Positions 12,680-25,167 are shown, counted from the first letter of the stretch. The stretch: DNA of 64,000 nucleotides from Perna viridis (GCA_037379345.1 CM074511.1:24845171-24909170); one strand, 5' to 3'. Made by a program: numbers and translations. The notes: generated from the letters alone by a model not told the origin.

Positions 12680-12725
12680 CGTTATTACCTCTGAAAAATC
12701 GGCGGGAAAATGGTGGACTTGTTAA
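12680..12725 (-). promoter_or_regulatory. Candidate BRPF proximal promoter / non-coding first exon
   Basis: CpG-retaining segment with E2F-like GGCGGGAAA and YY1-like AAAATGGTGG; minus-strand donor AG|gtaata at 12688. The acceptor at 12130 requires an upstream exon. Confidence 0.45.
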
Positions 12726-14745
12726 TCTTTTTTCTTTATTTATAAATATATGAAGATTCTCTGAGTTACTTCAATTAATTCATATAGGCAATGGGGCTGC
12801 ACATGTACTGTTAATTCAACTATGCGATCATCAGTTACAGGTAAATCACAGTCACAGGTGGCTGCACATCTGCTAAAATTAACACACACGTCAATTAATT
12901 TCCAAAAAACAATTAGAAGACTGGAAGACAGGATGTTTATACACTAATAAAACCACACAGACTGTAATTTATCAATTGACATTTTTTTATGTCCAAAATT
13001 GTTGCCGGTCATTTGCAAAATTTGTCGGTCAATGACCAACATTTTTTACCATTTCCAGATCCATGAACTAACCTGAGATTTTCAAATTCATGCAACTGAC
13101 ATACCAGGCTTACATGTATGGGAGAAAAAGTGGCAAAACTGACAATACCTTTTGATACAGACTTGACTTTTCACTGCACATTTTTTTAGATATTTATTAG
13201 TCATAAGAAATTAGAAACTGGGTGTACATACAGATTTATGACAAAACAACACATTTAACTAGGATTCCTTGAAATCGGAAGGTAATGCAATTTATATTTT
13301 TATAAGTCTCTTGTTAATAGTATCTCTGTATCTTTTATCATAAAAAATAATTCAAGTGATTGTGATAAGACAATAGTAACAGAAATCTTCATGAATTAAT
13401 TGAATATTGAAAATCTTGATGAGTTTTATTTCGTTTATCTACAATTAAATTTTGATCGTTCTGATAACTTATATATGTATGACATATTTATTCTAAGACA
13501 CATAAAATCAAGTCCATCAAAAAATCCTTGTGAGCTAGATCCAGGGACGATTTTACCAGGTCGTCGAAATTGGTTAAATCAGAAATAAATAAACAGTAAA
13601 AAAAAAGAATTGTTACTCGTAATGGTAAAATCTGGATTTCAATTATCGGAATTCCACTAAGACACCACTGTTTTGAAAGTTAATTGAAAACATATCTTTA
13701 AAGACCTATATAACATTTTTAACTGTGAATTGTTATCAGCATACATGTGCATTTTATAAATACATGAACTTATTTGAAAAGAGAGATAATTTATTCCTAA
13801 TTATTCAAATTTAAAATAATAATATGTCAATCTACAGGACACTCAATATACAATTTACCTGAACATTAAAATTGTGAACAGTTATACATACAAATATACA
13901 TGTATATGTACTAATGTACATGTACATGTGGCTAGAGTTTGTCATTTACATTGTTGACCAAAGAATCGGTGAAATGAAAAGGTTAAACATTATTTATCCT
14001 TATTGGTCAAATAAATCAATGACATTGTTTCACTATGTCTATTTAAAAGAATCATTTTTTTTCTGCAGTTCAAATTTACTAAACTTGTCCATGTCCATAT
14101 CCATCATGACACAAATTTCACTAAATCACTGTATCTAGATATGGTCATAACAAAGTTCAACATCATGACAAACTGTTTAAAACAGGATGTATGTAAATGA
14201 GAAGCAGAGGCACATGGACTATAAGCACACTAATGCTAAAAATGGCTCGTAAAAGTTAGAGGATTTTATCACCAATGATTAAATGGTCCATTGAAATCTT
14301 TAAATATTTGTAAAAAAGAAGGGCAGAAAATGGCACACTTGAAAAATAATCTACTATGAATTCTGAAAATTGCCAGAAGATATCAAAATGGTATCCATGA
14401 TTAGGTTTACTATAAGCAGATTCAAAGGAATAAAGTCTTGGTGTGGCATGATCTTCAAAGAAAGCATATAATAATACTACAACTTGTACAATTCATGGAT
14501 TTTTATGACTTTAGATTTTTAAGTTCTTGAAAATATAAAATAAAATCCTCCCACCCACCCAAAATTTTAGTTGATAGTGGATGAGAATCTATAAAAAAAA
14601 ACTTGGATGTGACTCAGGGAGTGTATATTACAGGGAAGAGTCACTTGTAATAATCTATACAAAACACTTCCATTGATATTAGGCTGTTTATAACTTTTCA
14701 ATAATCCATTTGTTAATTTTGATATGGATTAGGCATTGCCTAAAT

Positions 14746-15454
14746 CAGCGAGCACTGAGAGCTTTACCACGTGTACTGTCTGTGCGAGATTCGTCAAAAT
14801 AATAAAAAAATTACAAAAATGAAAAAGGGTGGGGGTCAGACGAAAATTTTTGTTTTGCAAGTTCAATATTTCTATTAAAATTTCAAAGACAAGCTTAATC
14901 AATATTTTTATTAGAAAATCTGTACCAGAAATATTACAGTTCTCCACGAATGGTGGGAATACTTCACAAAAATCATGCGATGTAAACAAAATTCAGACGC
15001 AAATGACAGCTGCAAACAAGAAAATGATTGCCTTTCCTATCTTACAAAAATATGCTTCGATTTGAATAATACAAACAGAGTTATATTTTTTCAAAGGTGG
15101 GTTTGGTTCTTGACAACAGCAACAGTGGAACAGCAGAGATACACGTACGTACATCCACATGTTTCCCGAAGTTTTTTACAACATCACATTCACTTCTTTA
15201 AATAAGTAAAAAAAGTTATAAAGACCTGAAAACGATCAGAAATGATTAATTTATTTTTACTGAAACGTAAACTGAACCTATATTTTTTTATTTATTTGAT
15301 TGAAGGAAATGATGCATTTTCTCCGTAAGGACAGTCACTTTTAGTTACTTCCGGGACATGGCTTTTTTTCGTTAGTATATTGGGAAACCTTAAGGGAAAT
15401 TTAGAAAGTACACGTAATAACCGTAGAGCTCACCCCGCTTCGAGGTGCTCGCTA
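14746..15454. mobile_element. ~700-bp putative non-autonomous element
   Basis: Terminal inverted similarity cagcgagcac..gagcttta..acgtgtact versus agtacacgt..tagagctc..gtgctcgcta; CpG-retaining interior. Confidence 0.55.
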
Positions 15455-17659
15455 TAATTTATGTAACTACAATCCTGAATAATTTCTCATTCCTCCAGTA
15501 TAAAGACCAGAGAGGCACAGTTATTTTTGATAATTATAAAGACATTGTTAGGAGTTACCAGTCCATGTGTTGCTTAAAATGCATGATTTTCATAGAAATA
15601 GTGGATACAAATGATATATTCTAAATCCACTAGCAGACTGCACGTAAATAAAGAACCTCATATCTATGGTACAGGGCAATCTTTAAAACATAACATTACA
15701 CAGTGTTCTAATGATAAAAATGAAACAGAGACCACTGGTTCTAAAAATGTAAACAAACTGACTTCTGCCGTTTCCGGTTGAGGTAAAACAATCGCGCAAG
15801 TTGAATACAATGCTTCCCGTTTCGTTTCTTTGTATATATCAATATATTATTACTACATTAACATTTTGCATTGAACAGATATGCAGCCAACAGCCTGTTT
15901 CAACAAGTCAAATGATACCGACGCGAAGCTGATCATGGATCGATCATGAACAGACAATGCATCGACCAAAAACAGCGAATTTCGACTTCTTTGTAAGATG
16001 TCCGTATTTAATTATTATAAACATGTAAGGAAAAATTGTATTGACTCATGTTACCATTGTCATAAAGCCTGTAACTGGCAAAAATTTCCATATATACAAG
16101 TAAAATTCTTACCAATGCGTCCTCGTCAGTTTACGGCGGTTGAATGCGCATTTCGACTGCGCAGACAATTTCCGTTTTTGTACTTCCGCAAAATGAACAG
16201 GCGGGAAATTTAAACCTTATTATCCATTCAAATAAACGCATATCATTCTTTTCTAAATTAAATGTAATTATTTTTATTTAAATCCCATATTACTGTTATT
16301 TATAGCTAATTCATATTATTATTATTTAAACTCCGCGGTGATTTGTAGTTGAATGCTGATAATTTATAATGTCAGAGATTCGTAACTCGCGGTCATGAGT
16401 AGGGAGCGTAATAGGGGCGATTACAGTGAATAACAACTCTATCAAGGATTTTAAAAGTAAAAACCTTTAACTATAAAAATCCTTGGTTCTATCAAATTCT
16501 ATCAATTTTTTAGCACGATCGATTGTGTGTCTTAAGGGCTAATTAATAAAATTTCATCCCAGTGCAATCAGAGACATACATATGTGCATTATATTTCTCT
16601 GATGCAATGTTTCTAATATTTTTCTAACTAAAGGTGCTATTCAGAATGAAAATATTGCATCGCGTGTGCATGCCTTTTTAAATAGTTTCCTGCAGACAGA
16701 CAATACAACCAACCAAGCGGTAAACATAGATTTATCAGGGACTTTTAATGACGACATGTCTTATTGGTCTCCCTTTGACACGAGGAGGAATGCAATAATT
16801 CTAATGAATCATGCATACCCTAAAGTACCGCCCCTGGTGTCCACTGTGGACCGACAATACTCAATGTCACATGCCTTTAACTACATATGTTTACTGTTAC
16901 TATTTCAAAAAGATTTGTTTTGTATGCGCTAATGAGTCCTTATGTTCGATATAGGACACGAGGGGGGAATTCTAATGAATCATTAATATCCATTGTGGAC
17001 TTAACATACTCTCACTAAAGTCCTTTGACTAAACAAGAAAAGATTATGACTATCTAAGACAGCTAGAATTCTGCTCATTGCCACTGGACGAAAATGTTGG
17101 AAAAATATATGGGTTAAATTTAAAGATCTATACTATTTATAGACATACTATTATATACAAATAATGTCTAACAAAAAAAAAACAACCTCGCAAATGGAGA
17201 AAGAAATCAGAGGGAAAAAATCCGCGCTTGCAAGCGTGTATAGCTATCTAAGGTAACCCCATTTTATTTTATCAGAACTTGACGTCTTCTTTCATGTACA
17301 TTGTACCTATACAAGCAGTAGACCGTTGAGTATAGATGTCGTTGCTTCGACAGCAACTATAGTTAGGGCGACACTCGACTGAGTGAAACCGGCATGATTC
17401 ATTTAACATTTTAATTTTGCAACTCAAAAAAAAAAATTTAAAAAAAAATCTTTATATTGTCGTAGCTCTTTATTTTTACAGATAATGCATTATGCAATTA
17501 TTAAAATTGTAAGTGAAATCTTTTCTTATCTTGACAGTAACAGGACCCTTCCTTTGCACAATAACATGCCATTTTGTTTAAACTTTTGGAAAAATATCAT
17601 AGGCATTTATTTTATGGCTAAATGTACAACAATATGATCCACTATCGACAGTAAAACAG

Positions 17660-17865
17660 TGATTAAAGTCGATAAAAGTTATACGGGCCCATCATGACAT
17701 GATTTGCCAATATGGAGTTTCCATTGATGATCAGCGACGTCCAACTGTCATAGTCTTTCTCCTCATCCGACTTGACCTTCAATGAACAGCGCGGCTGCGG
17801 GTGTTTTGCAAGAAGAACTGCCCACCCCCTTGCACCCGAGTTCTAATCCTGGTTCCCTTAATTTC
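17660..17865 (+). mobile_element. Penelope-like (Naiad-type) retroelement 3' relic
   Basis: Degenerate translation KLYG..HHDMICQYGVSI (frameshift allowed) resembles, from memory, the KFYGRHH.LVD.YG.S C-terminus of mollusc Penelope-like RTs. It is followed by a gacttgac...gggtgttt...gcacccgagttc motif shared with 49740-50015. Confidence 0.55.
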
Positions 17866-18041
17866 CCTTTCACCACACAGTTGTTTATTTTTTTTTTTAC
17901 TTTAAACCAATAGTAAATGGAGAGTCTTAATACAAGGATTTAAACGCAACACTGAACACAACTATACCGTATATTCGTCTAGCTTGTGTACTAGTAACTT
18001 TCACATCGCGAAGTCCGTATAAAATGTAACTTATTACATAC

Positions 18042-18201
18042 CAAGGACGGATCCAGACACTTTGCAAACGAGGGGTGCCAGCCGAGTTTTAGCACAAGAA
18101 TGGGGTGATTTTTTCTGCATTTTTTGTCAATTTTACACATGAAAGTGACAAGTTTTCCAATAAAAAGGGTGTGCCTGTATCCCTTTCTAGATCCGCCACT
18201 G
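18042..18201. mobile_element. MITE, CAGTGGCGGATCCAG-type TIR
   Basis: caaggacggatccag / ctagatccgccactg with CATAC duplicated on both sides. Confidence 0.8.
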
Positions 18202-19477
18202 CATACTACATGTAGTGGCATGCTAACATTTACAGCTTGAACTGAACTGAAAGGAACTTTACATACAATCTTAATCTTGAGGTCAGTGCTTATCTATCAT
18301 TGGAACTGGTCATCATAGAAGGATTGTTTAATCAGTCGAGAATAATGGTCAATACTAAACACGTACAGTCAGAAATATTTATGTATTTGGTAAACTATAC
18401 ACGATATAGTGAATATATATCTTGCTTGATGCAACATAGTTCTCTCTCTCCGGTATATAAAAAAAATAATGATAATAAAATAAAATAAAAACAACAGTTT
18501 ATGACATGTGTACCGATGTTGCGTTCAACAAAGTGAACAGGAAAATATAATTTTTAGCGAACCTGGAACTAACAGCTACCCTGTATTTTGCAAACACCAA
18601 ATGCATCCCTTTGAAGGGGCGGGTCAGTATTCATGCTGGATAAAGCCCTTGTTTTTTTTTAATTCTAGATTAGATTTGGGTACGGTACAAAATATCTTTG
18701 CTGCGAAAATAATTGGTACAGTGACTGTCGCACCTGTCGCAACCGTGGCGGACGCTACGCTCCTGGGTGCTCAAATACCCAGATTAAGCCTGACAGTCTA
18801 GCTCACCTCAAAAGTTCACATCGTACAATTTCAGATTGAAGATAAGATATCATGCGTCAAGGAATTAAACAACTATTATTACCTGAAATAATTCATTTTA
18901 TGTTTGTTGACAAAATGATAGCATTGGTGGTTTCAGGAAAGTGTTCAATAATGTTTTGACCAAACACTGAATATATATTATCTCATGCACACTGAACAAC
19001 CTAGCTTTAATGTAGTATAAAGTCTCAATAAATCTTTTTGACGTCACCTCTTTTTCCTTGATTTTGTATTTCCGTCAACATAACGGACCACCACAAACAT
19101 TTAATATTCGTTCCCGTATTACCATAATTTAAAATAATAAGATTTAGGATCGTTCCATGTTTGAATTATCTCCCTTACAACACAGTTCTTTATGACCACG
19201 CATCACATTGCAGTATTCAAAGAAGCCTGTAGGTACATACCGAGCGAACGCCCCCTAAAAAATCTTTAAAAAATTTTCTTAGCATGAAATCTTAATGTCT
19301 CACACATTCTCCTCCCAAAAATTATCTGGCTACGCTTCGCTCAGCCTTTGGTTCTATTTATCCCATAACCTGCCTCTGTAATGCCTGTGTCAGGTCAAGC
19401 TATGAGTCCTTAACCGGTCCAAATTTCAAAACAGCTGATAGTAATGACTGATGTTAAGCCGGTAACATTAACCATTG

Positions 19478-19725
19478 TTTACGCCTGTCCCTAGTCAGAA
19501 ATTTCTGGTCTCTGTATGTCTTGTTTCAATTCACCTTGGTTTTGATGTTACTTGAGTATATAGGGGCAAGTCTTTCGCTGCACCTGTGTATAATGATGTT
19601 TTGGGGCCAACTGCCCTGTGGTGTGAGGGTTTCCTCGTCGTTAATTGAAGCCCAATGCGGTTGTTGTCTCGTTGACTTATTTATCATAACTATTCTCGCT
19701 ATAAACTTCCTTTATATAGGTTGAA
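19478..19725 (+). mobile_element. SINE-like dispersed repeat relic
   Basis: Shares ttgaag....gttgttgtctc.ttgac.tat..c...ctattc with a second copy at 25520-25632; resembles abundant bivalve SINE tails (from memory). Confidence 0.5.
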
Positions 19726-20439
19726 ATATTTTCGAACTGCTTTTTTACGACAATTTACATCTTCATTTTGATACTTCGAGAATTTATTTTTTTAATTCAT
19801 TTGGACTGTGCATTTTAGCAGGAAGAAATACATTGGGTATAGTTGACGTATTCAAGGGGATCGCGAAGGAGACAGATAGCTTCCATGTAACGTAGTTTGG
19901 ACTTTTTTATTACGAGCTGCGTTATTGTTCCCTCTATTTTCAGCAAATAAAAAAAAATAGAGACAAATATTTGTTTTCTTTTCATCTTCAGAAGTTAACT
20001 TCACATTTTACAACGCTCATATCTTTATATACAGAAGACGTTATAGAGATATTGCATAAGATATCGCCATATCTCTAAAACGTCTTCTTTATATACTAAG
20101 ACTGAATAGCTAAATCATCGGTGATACGGCATATTTAATGAGGATAAGTATACATGTAACATATTCATTTACATGTATTAATTTAAAAAATACGAGAGTT
20201 GCAAAATTTAGTACTATGTAGTGAAAGGAAATAATGTTGGGTTATCGTAGCAGTTCACTCAATATGAACGCTGTGAACTATCTGTAATGTTTGACTACGT
20301 TGAATTTACCATCCGCAGTTCAGAAGATTAAAAGGTTTAAAAACAAAACATTAAGATATATAGTCCGAGGATATACTTTTTTGCATTTATAATTTGCGTA
20401 AAAATAACGAGTAACGTATGGTGAGATAGTATAGTGGGA

Positions 20440-20580
20440 AATGATTATAGACGAACAAATTGATTGGCTGTTATACACACTTTCGGTTTGATTGACGTAT
20501 CGAGGATACCACGCCTCCGATTGACTATACGGTCCGGTTTGAAGTGTGAAAAGATGAAGTTTTGACCATGTTAAGTTACG
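20440..20580 (+). promoter_or_regulatory. ADAMTS promoter/5'UTR region
   Basis: CpG-rich segment directly upstream of the signal-peptide ATG, with a reverse CCAAT (attggct, ~20463) and CRE-like ttgacgta (~20492). Confidence 0.45.
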
Positions 20581-20656
20581 ATGGCAATAGTTTTGCTAGT
20601 TTTTATACTGCTTTTTTCAGTACCATACCGGTGCCATACTTCAGGAATTCCAAGTG
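20581..20656 (+). CDS. ADAMTS9: ADAMTS9/20/GON-1-like exon 1 (signal peptide)
   Basis: acgATGg strong Kozak context with in-frame stops upstream; MAIVLLVFILLFSVPYRCHTSGIPS hydrophobic signal peptide; G|gtcagt phase 1 matches the next exon. Confidence 0.85.
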
Positions 20657-20758
20657 GTCAGTATTCGAAAAATATGATGTAATTCAATATTTTTCCACTT
20701 AATTTTTTGTTGCTGTTCTCTTATGCTATGTATGATATTATGTTCTTTTACATTTTAG

Positions 20759-21093
20759 GTATAAACAACGGACTAGAAAAACAACTTGTGTATCCAACAC
20801 GACTTCTTAGGAGTGAATCAACGAATTCTAATAGTGAAAATCGTATTCATAAAAGGAGTACTCAGAATAATGAATTAGATGTGTCTTATTCCATATCAGC
20901 ATTTGGAAATGATTTTCTGTTAGACTTAACCTTTACTAAGGATTTCATATCTGATAAATTCATTGTGCAAACCTTTAGTGACAATTCTACGTGGATTGAA
21001 GAAAAAGTTTCAGATTCCGAGGACTGCTTTTACCATGGAACTATTCAAAATGTACACCCATCACGTGCAGTCTTCAACTTATGTAAAGGATTG
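20759..21093 (+). CDS. ADAMTS9: ADAMTS-like exon 2 (prodomain, Pep_M12B_propep)
   Basis: (G)INNGLEKQLVYPTRL...RIHKRS...YSISAFGNDFLLDL...CFYHGTIQNVHPSRAVFNLCKGL; tag| and TTG|gtaagt. Confidence 0.93.
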
Positions 21094-22324
21094 GTAAGTT
21101 CTATGTAACCTTTTTTTCATAAATGATTTTCAACTTTCAAAGGCATCTTGTGTAGATTACGTATATACAAAGTTTTATTGAAGTTAGTTGAACCAAAGGG
21201 GGTACCGCAAATGTCTAGTATTTTTTTCTGCTAGCCTAAACAATAGTACACGTACAGTTATAATATATATAGTGAATTACAAATGAGTCTGCGGTGTACG
21301 AGTGTTTAGAATATATTTTGACTCTCTATTCAAAATGATTACTGACTTTAGGTAGTTTATCAAACAATATAGGTTTTGACGTCCTCAATGACGGTTAAGT
21401 GTGATAGCAGGTGGTTGAGCCGACGTTGGACCACCCTAAACTTCTTTACGTTTATATCACTTGATTTCTGGTCTTTAATCATGCACATATCAGTAATAGC
21501 TTAATTTTGTGGTATACTAATAAAAGAGCCATTTTAATGCTGGGATTAAAATATCAATCTCCTTGCAACGGTTTTTCATAGGTATACTGGTTTTACTATA
21601 CAGGATCAGTCGAGTCAGCTAGTTATATTCGGTATACTGTCTGTACGAGAAAATTGCACTCTCTGTGTAGATAAATATATATATATATATAAATTTTAGA
21701 ATTATTGTAGAGTTCTGCCAGGAAATTAAACGAAGTAATTCTGCAGTCATTGATATACCGTGCCGTGATAGCGTTGTTATTAAGATCGCTTTCTGATTGC
21801 TGAAAAATCACTAATGGCAATTATTTCTTTGAGCATTCTTGTATACCACTGCATATCAAAACAATTAGTACCTTTCGCTTTAATACAACGGTTGAAAGAA
21901 TACAGGTTTCTTCGCAATAATAAAGATCGTTGCATTCACTTTTCACTGACTCAATAAGATTAACATTGAGCATGACTATAAAGTTAACAAATCTCAGTCA
22001 TATATATTCGAGTCAATTAATTCACGATACAAGACCTTTTGGAAATACAGGAATAAACTTATCGCATTTTTTCGAGCATTTTGTTCGAAAAGTCGATATT
22101 TTATCTGCATTTTAGTATTTCATGAAAGGGTTATATTCTCTGGATACAAGTGGGGTTTCAGTGCCGCGAATATGGACCAGACATTATTCCTACAACGTAA
22201 GAGGTTGGAATTCCGTTCCTCCATACCTTAAGGATGGCACCAAGTCAGAAAATAGCTTGCCAGACAACCTCTAGCATTGCTGGAGTAGACCAGACACCAA
22301 ACCACGAATTAATCGAGTTGATAG

Positions 22325-22478
22325 CAGGGACGGATCCAGGATTTCAGGTCGGGGTGGGTGGGGTGGTGGGGCTTTAATAGAATTAAAGTTATTTTGGGTA
22401 GAAAAAACCATGATTTCATGCTAAAAAATAATTTCCCAATTTTAGGGGATGTGAAAGTCCGCTCTGGATCCGCCACTG
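22325..22478. mobile_element. MITE, CAGTGGCGGATCCAG-type TIR
   Basis: cagggacggatccag / ctggatccgccactg; flanks GATAG/GATAC. Confidence 0.8.
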
Positions 22479-23599
22479 GATACAGAAACAAAAGAGGGTA
22501 ACTAATACTGATGGTTATTCTGTTTTGACATACATTATTATTCTGGCAAACAAAACACGTGCTATGATTCTCGCGTTTGTTTTGGCTAGGATGACTATAT
22601 GTACATGCTACCATAAAATCATTTACGAGTCGTGGTATATTACTTGTTTGAATTTTACTTATGGATAGCAAAGTAAACAAGTCGCACTACTCATATCACA
22701 AACAAGTATCATAAAGTGAACTTATCAAACGTCATTGTATCTGGTAGAGTATACACCCGGAGTATACAAGACCATACAACGCGGGACAATACTTGCGTCA
22801 TGTTGCCCGGGGAGTCGAGCGAGAAACATATAATTTTTAATTAAAAAAAATACCTTGAAAAAAAAACTCGATATTTTCCCAGATGTATTTATTATTTTGC
22901 GAAAATGTGTTGTATCATTGATAGATCGATGTGTCGCTGAGTGCGAACGGATGCGATATATAACGAAAGTGAAAGTAACGCACGTGACTGACGGTTAATG
23001 CGACGTTACACTCCCCAACCAAGGAACCCCATTCCCCACTAAAGTGTGGTTAATCAAATAGACCAATTTTGTGCTAACGCTGGGGTAGTCGATGAGCACG
23101 CGTAGGGCATGCTCAATATACACTTTCGCGAGGAAAATTCTTTTGTTCTACCCAAGCTCTATCTCGCGGAAGTGTATATTGAGCATCCTCACCAACTTAC
23201 AAAAAGGATCTGTTGCAAATTTTGGTTTCGTTTGGTTCCAAACTTTTTTGCCCTAACTAGGCTGTCCATGGGTTTATGCATGTCGAAAAATTCATAAATT
23301 TGGTTGTCCTGTGGGCAAGTGCAATTAAACTTCTACTGGTACCATTGATAATTCTATTTATCCTGGGCAAAAGGACAGCCTTTAACACCATACCCTGTTG
23401 CCTGTATGCTTATCTTTAGACTTAGTTAACTCATGTTTCAAATGAATGGTCTGAGTTGCTATTCCAGCAGGTACCTGAGAGTAGACAGACTTTTTTAAAA
23501 GACATCATTTACGAGTTACTTGGGTACAATTCTTTAACAATTGGGGCAGTGAAGTGATATAAACAGCCATACCATAGTTAACATGAGTTTGTCAACTAA

Positions 23600-24000
23600 A
23601 CACAACCAAGGTGGTGTGTTTGCCATCAATAGAGAAAGTCATGGGTTTGGTCCCATTGCTGAGTCATCCAGAAGGCTTTAATTGGTAGTTACTACTTTTT
23701 AGCTTAGTAGTATATTGAATATAAAGCAGGGTAGGAAACTCGCTCAAATTCTAGCCAGTCCTGAATACAATTTTGCAATATATTTACTATATGACTGTAT
23801 ATTTTTTTGCTAAAATTAGCCAGCCCTGCCAAAAAATAGCCAGTCTCGGACTGGCGGGCAGGCTACTATTTCTAACTCTAAGTGAAGAATGTTTGACTCA
23901 GAATCAGAGTAATGAGTGAGGTGAGATACCTTCCTGCAGAATGTTGCCTCTGTGTGCTATTATCTTAAAAATCCAGCTCAGCCTTGGATTAGTACAACTA
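23600..24000 (+). mobile_element. Decayed CORE-type SINE interrupted by a small MITE (23727-23880)
   Basis: A tRNA-like head and aattggtag.tact.ct, then after the insert tgactcagaatcagagtaatg...aaaatccagctcagc...tagtacaa. The insert has TIRs cagggtaggaaa / tttctaactcta and three agccag repeats. Confidence 0.5.
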
Positions 24001-25025
24001 AGGGCAAGGTATTTCATTAAAGGATGTCCTGTTGCCTGGGACTAGTGAAAATACCACTTGAACAAGTAAAAAGTTAATCATACTTGCCCTGGAGACAATC
24101 AATTTTTAAAAAAAATTTTCAACATGCATGTACTAAAGGACAACCTAAACTTCAATTTGGGCAAGAAGAATTTTTATCATCTTGCCTGATAAGGCAATGT
24201 TGATAAAATGTTAGCGTCATACACAGAAAGGTCTATTTTCTCATCTTCAAATGCATGAAATACCTGCAACAAGACATTAAACTATAACCAACAAATCAAT
24301 TGATTAGACACATGCAGATTTGACTAATTTTAACTGTCTACATGTGTAATTGCATTATAAATTTCTGCCTTTGATTACAGCTTAGCCTAAGCATTAGTGT
24401 TACTGTTTTTACACAGTACTGCTCAGCTCATAAAAACTATACATGGATACACCCTTACAACTGAAATGCTGAATGTGCAGTTTTCAGTCTAATAGGACAT
24501 GAAAGTCAGATAAGTTAAGGTCAAATTTTTTCAATAATAGACCAAGCTTCATGACGTAAATGATAACTGTGTCAACCTTACCTGTATGTTTCAAGTTAAC
24601 CTTTATGATGCTTCGATAGTAGATGTTGTACTACTAATGAATGAATTGTTATCGCTGTCAATGTTCAATAATGTTATCCATTGACTGGCTTGTGTTTTAG
24701 GTTGAAAATAAATCTGAATACTCATTCTAGTATTGTCAAACTGTTAAAAAAACATTTCCTTTGCTTTGACATGGTTCATGTTTCCAGATAATTCACTTCT
24801 TCTTAGAGAAGGTCCATTGTGCATAAATACAATCCGGAAATTGGAAGGATTACATGGGTACATGAAGTATTAACTCAACATAATCTTGAAGAAAACATTT
24901 ATAAACAATAATTTGAACAATTTATGTATGAAATGATCTAAGGAACAACAGCTATACTGCTATTTTATCTGATTAAAACATTTAAAGAAGTATTTTCACA
25001 AATTTTTGTTGATTTTCTTTTTCAG

Positions 25026-25167
25026 CTTGGAAGCTTTCATGCCAATGGAGAAATTTTTGTTGTTGAACCTTCTGAAGAAAATTTTTCTTCAAAGGAAGAT
25101 ACCAATGCTCATTACATTTACCGACATTCACACACAGCTAAACCGCAGTCAGACTGTGGAGTTAAAG
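25026..25167 (+). CDS. ADAMTS9: ADAMTS-like exon 3 (prodomain end, Cys-switch-like CGV)
   Basis: LGSFHANGEIFVVEPSEENFSSKEDTNAHYIYRHSHTAKPQSDCGVK, a different frame from the ORF track entry 25006-25200; cag| and G|gtaaga. Confidence 0.92.

Noticed and set aside
16770-17015. Degenerate ~180-bp-period direct repeat (gacacgagg...aattctaatgaatcat)
   Set aside because: It is a real but old local duplication with no functional hint; the same applies to the short duplications at about 52960-53115 and 62161-62240.
21380-21445. tRNA-like sequence
   Set aside because: No cloverleaf can be formed; at most it is a decayed SINE head.
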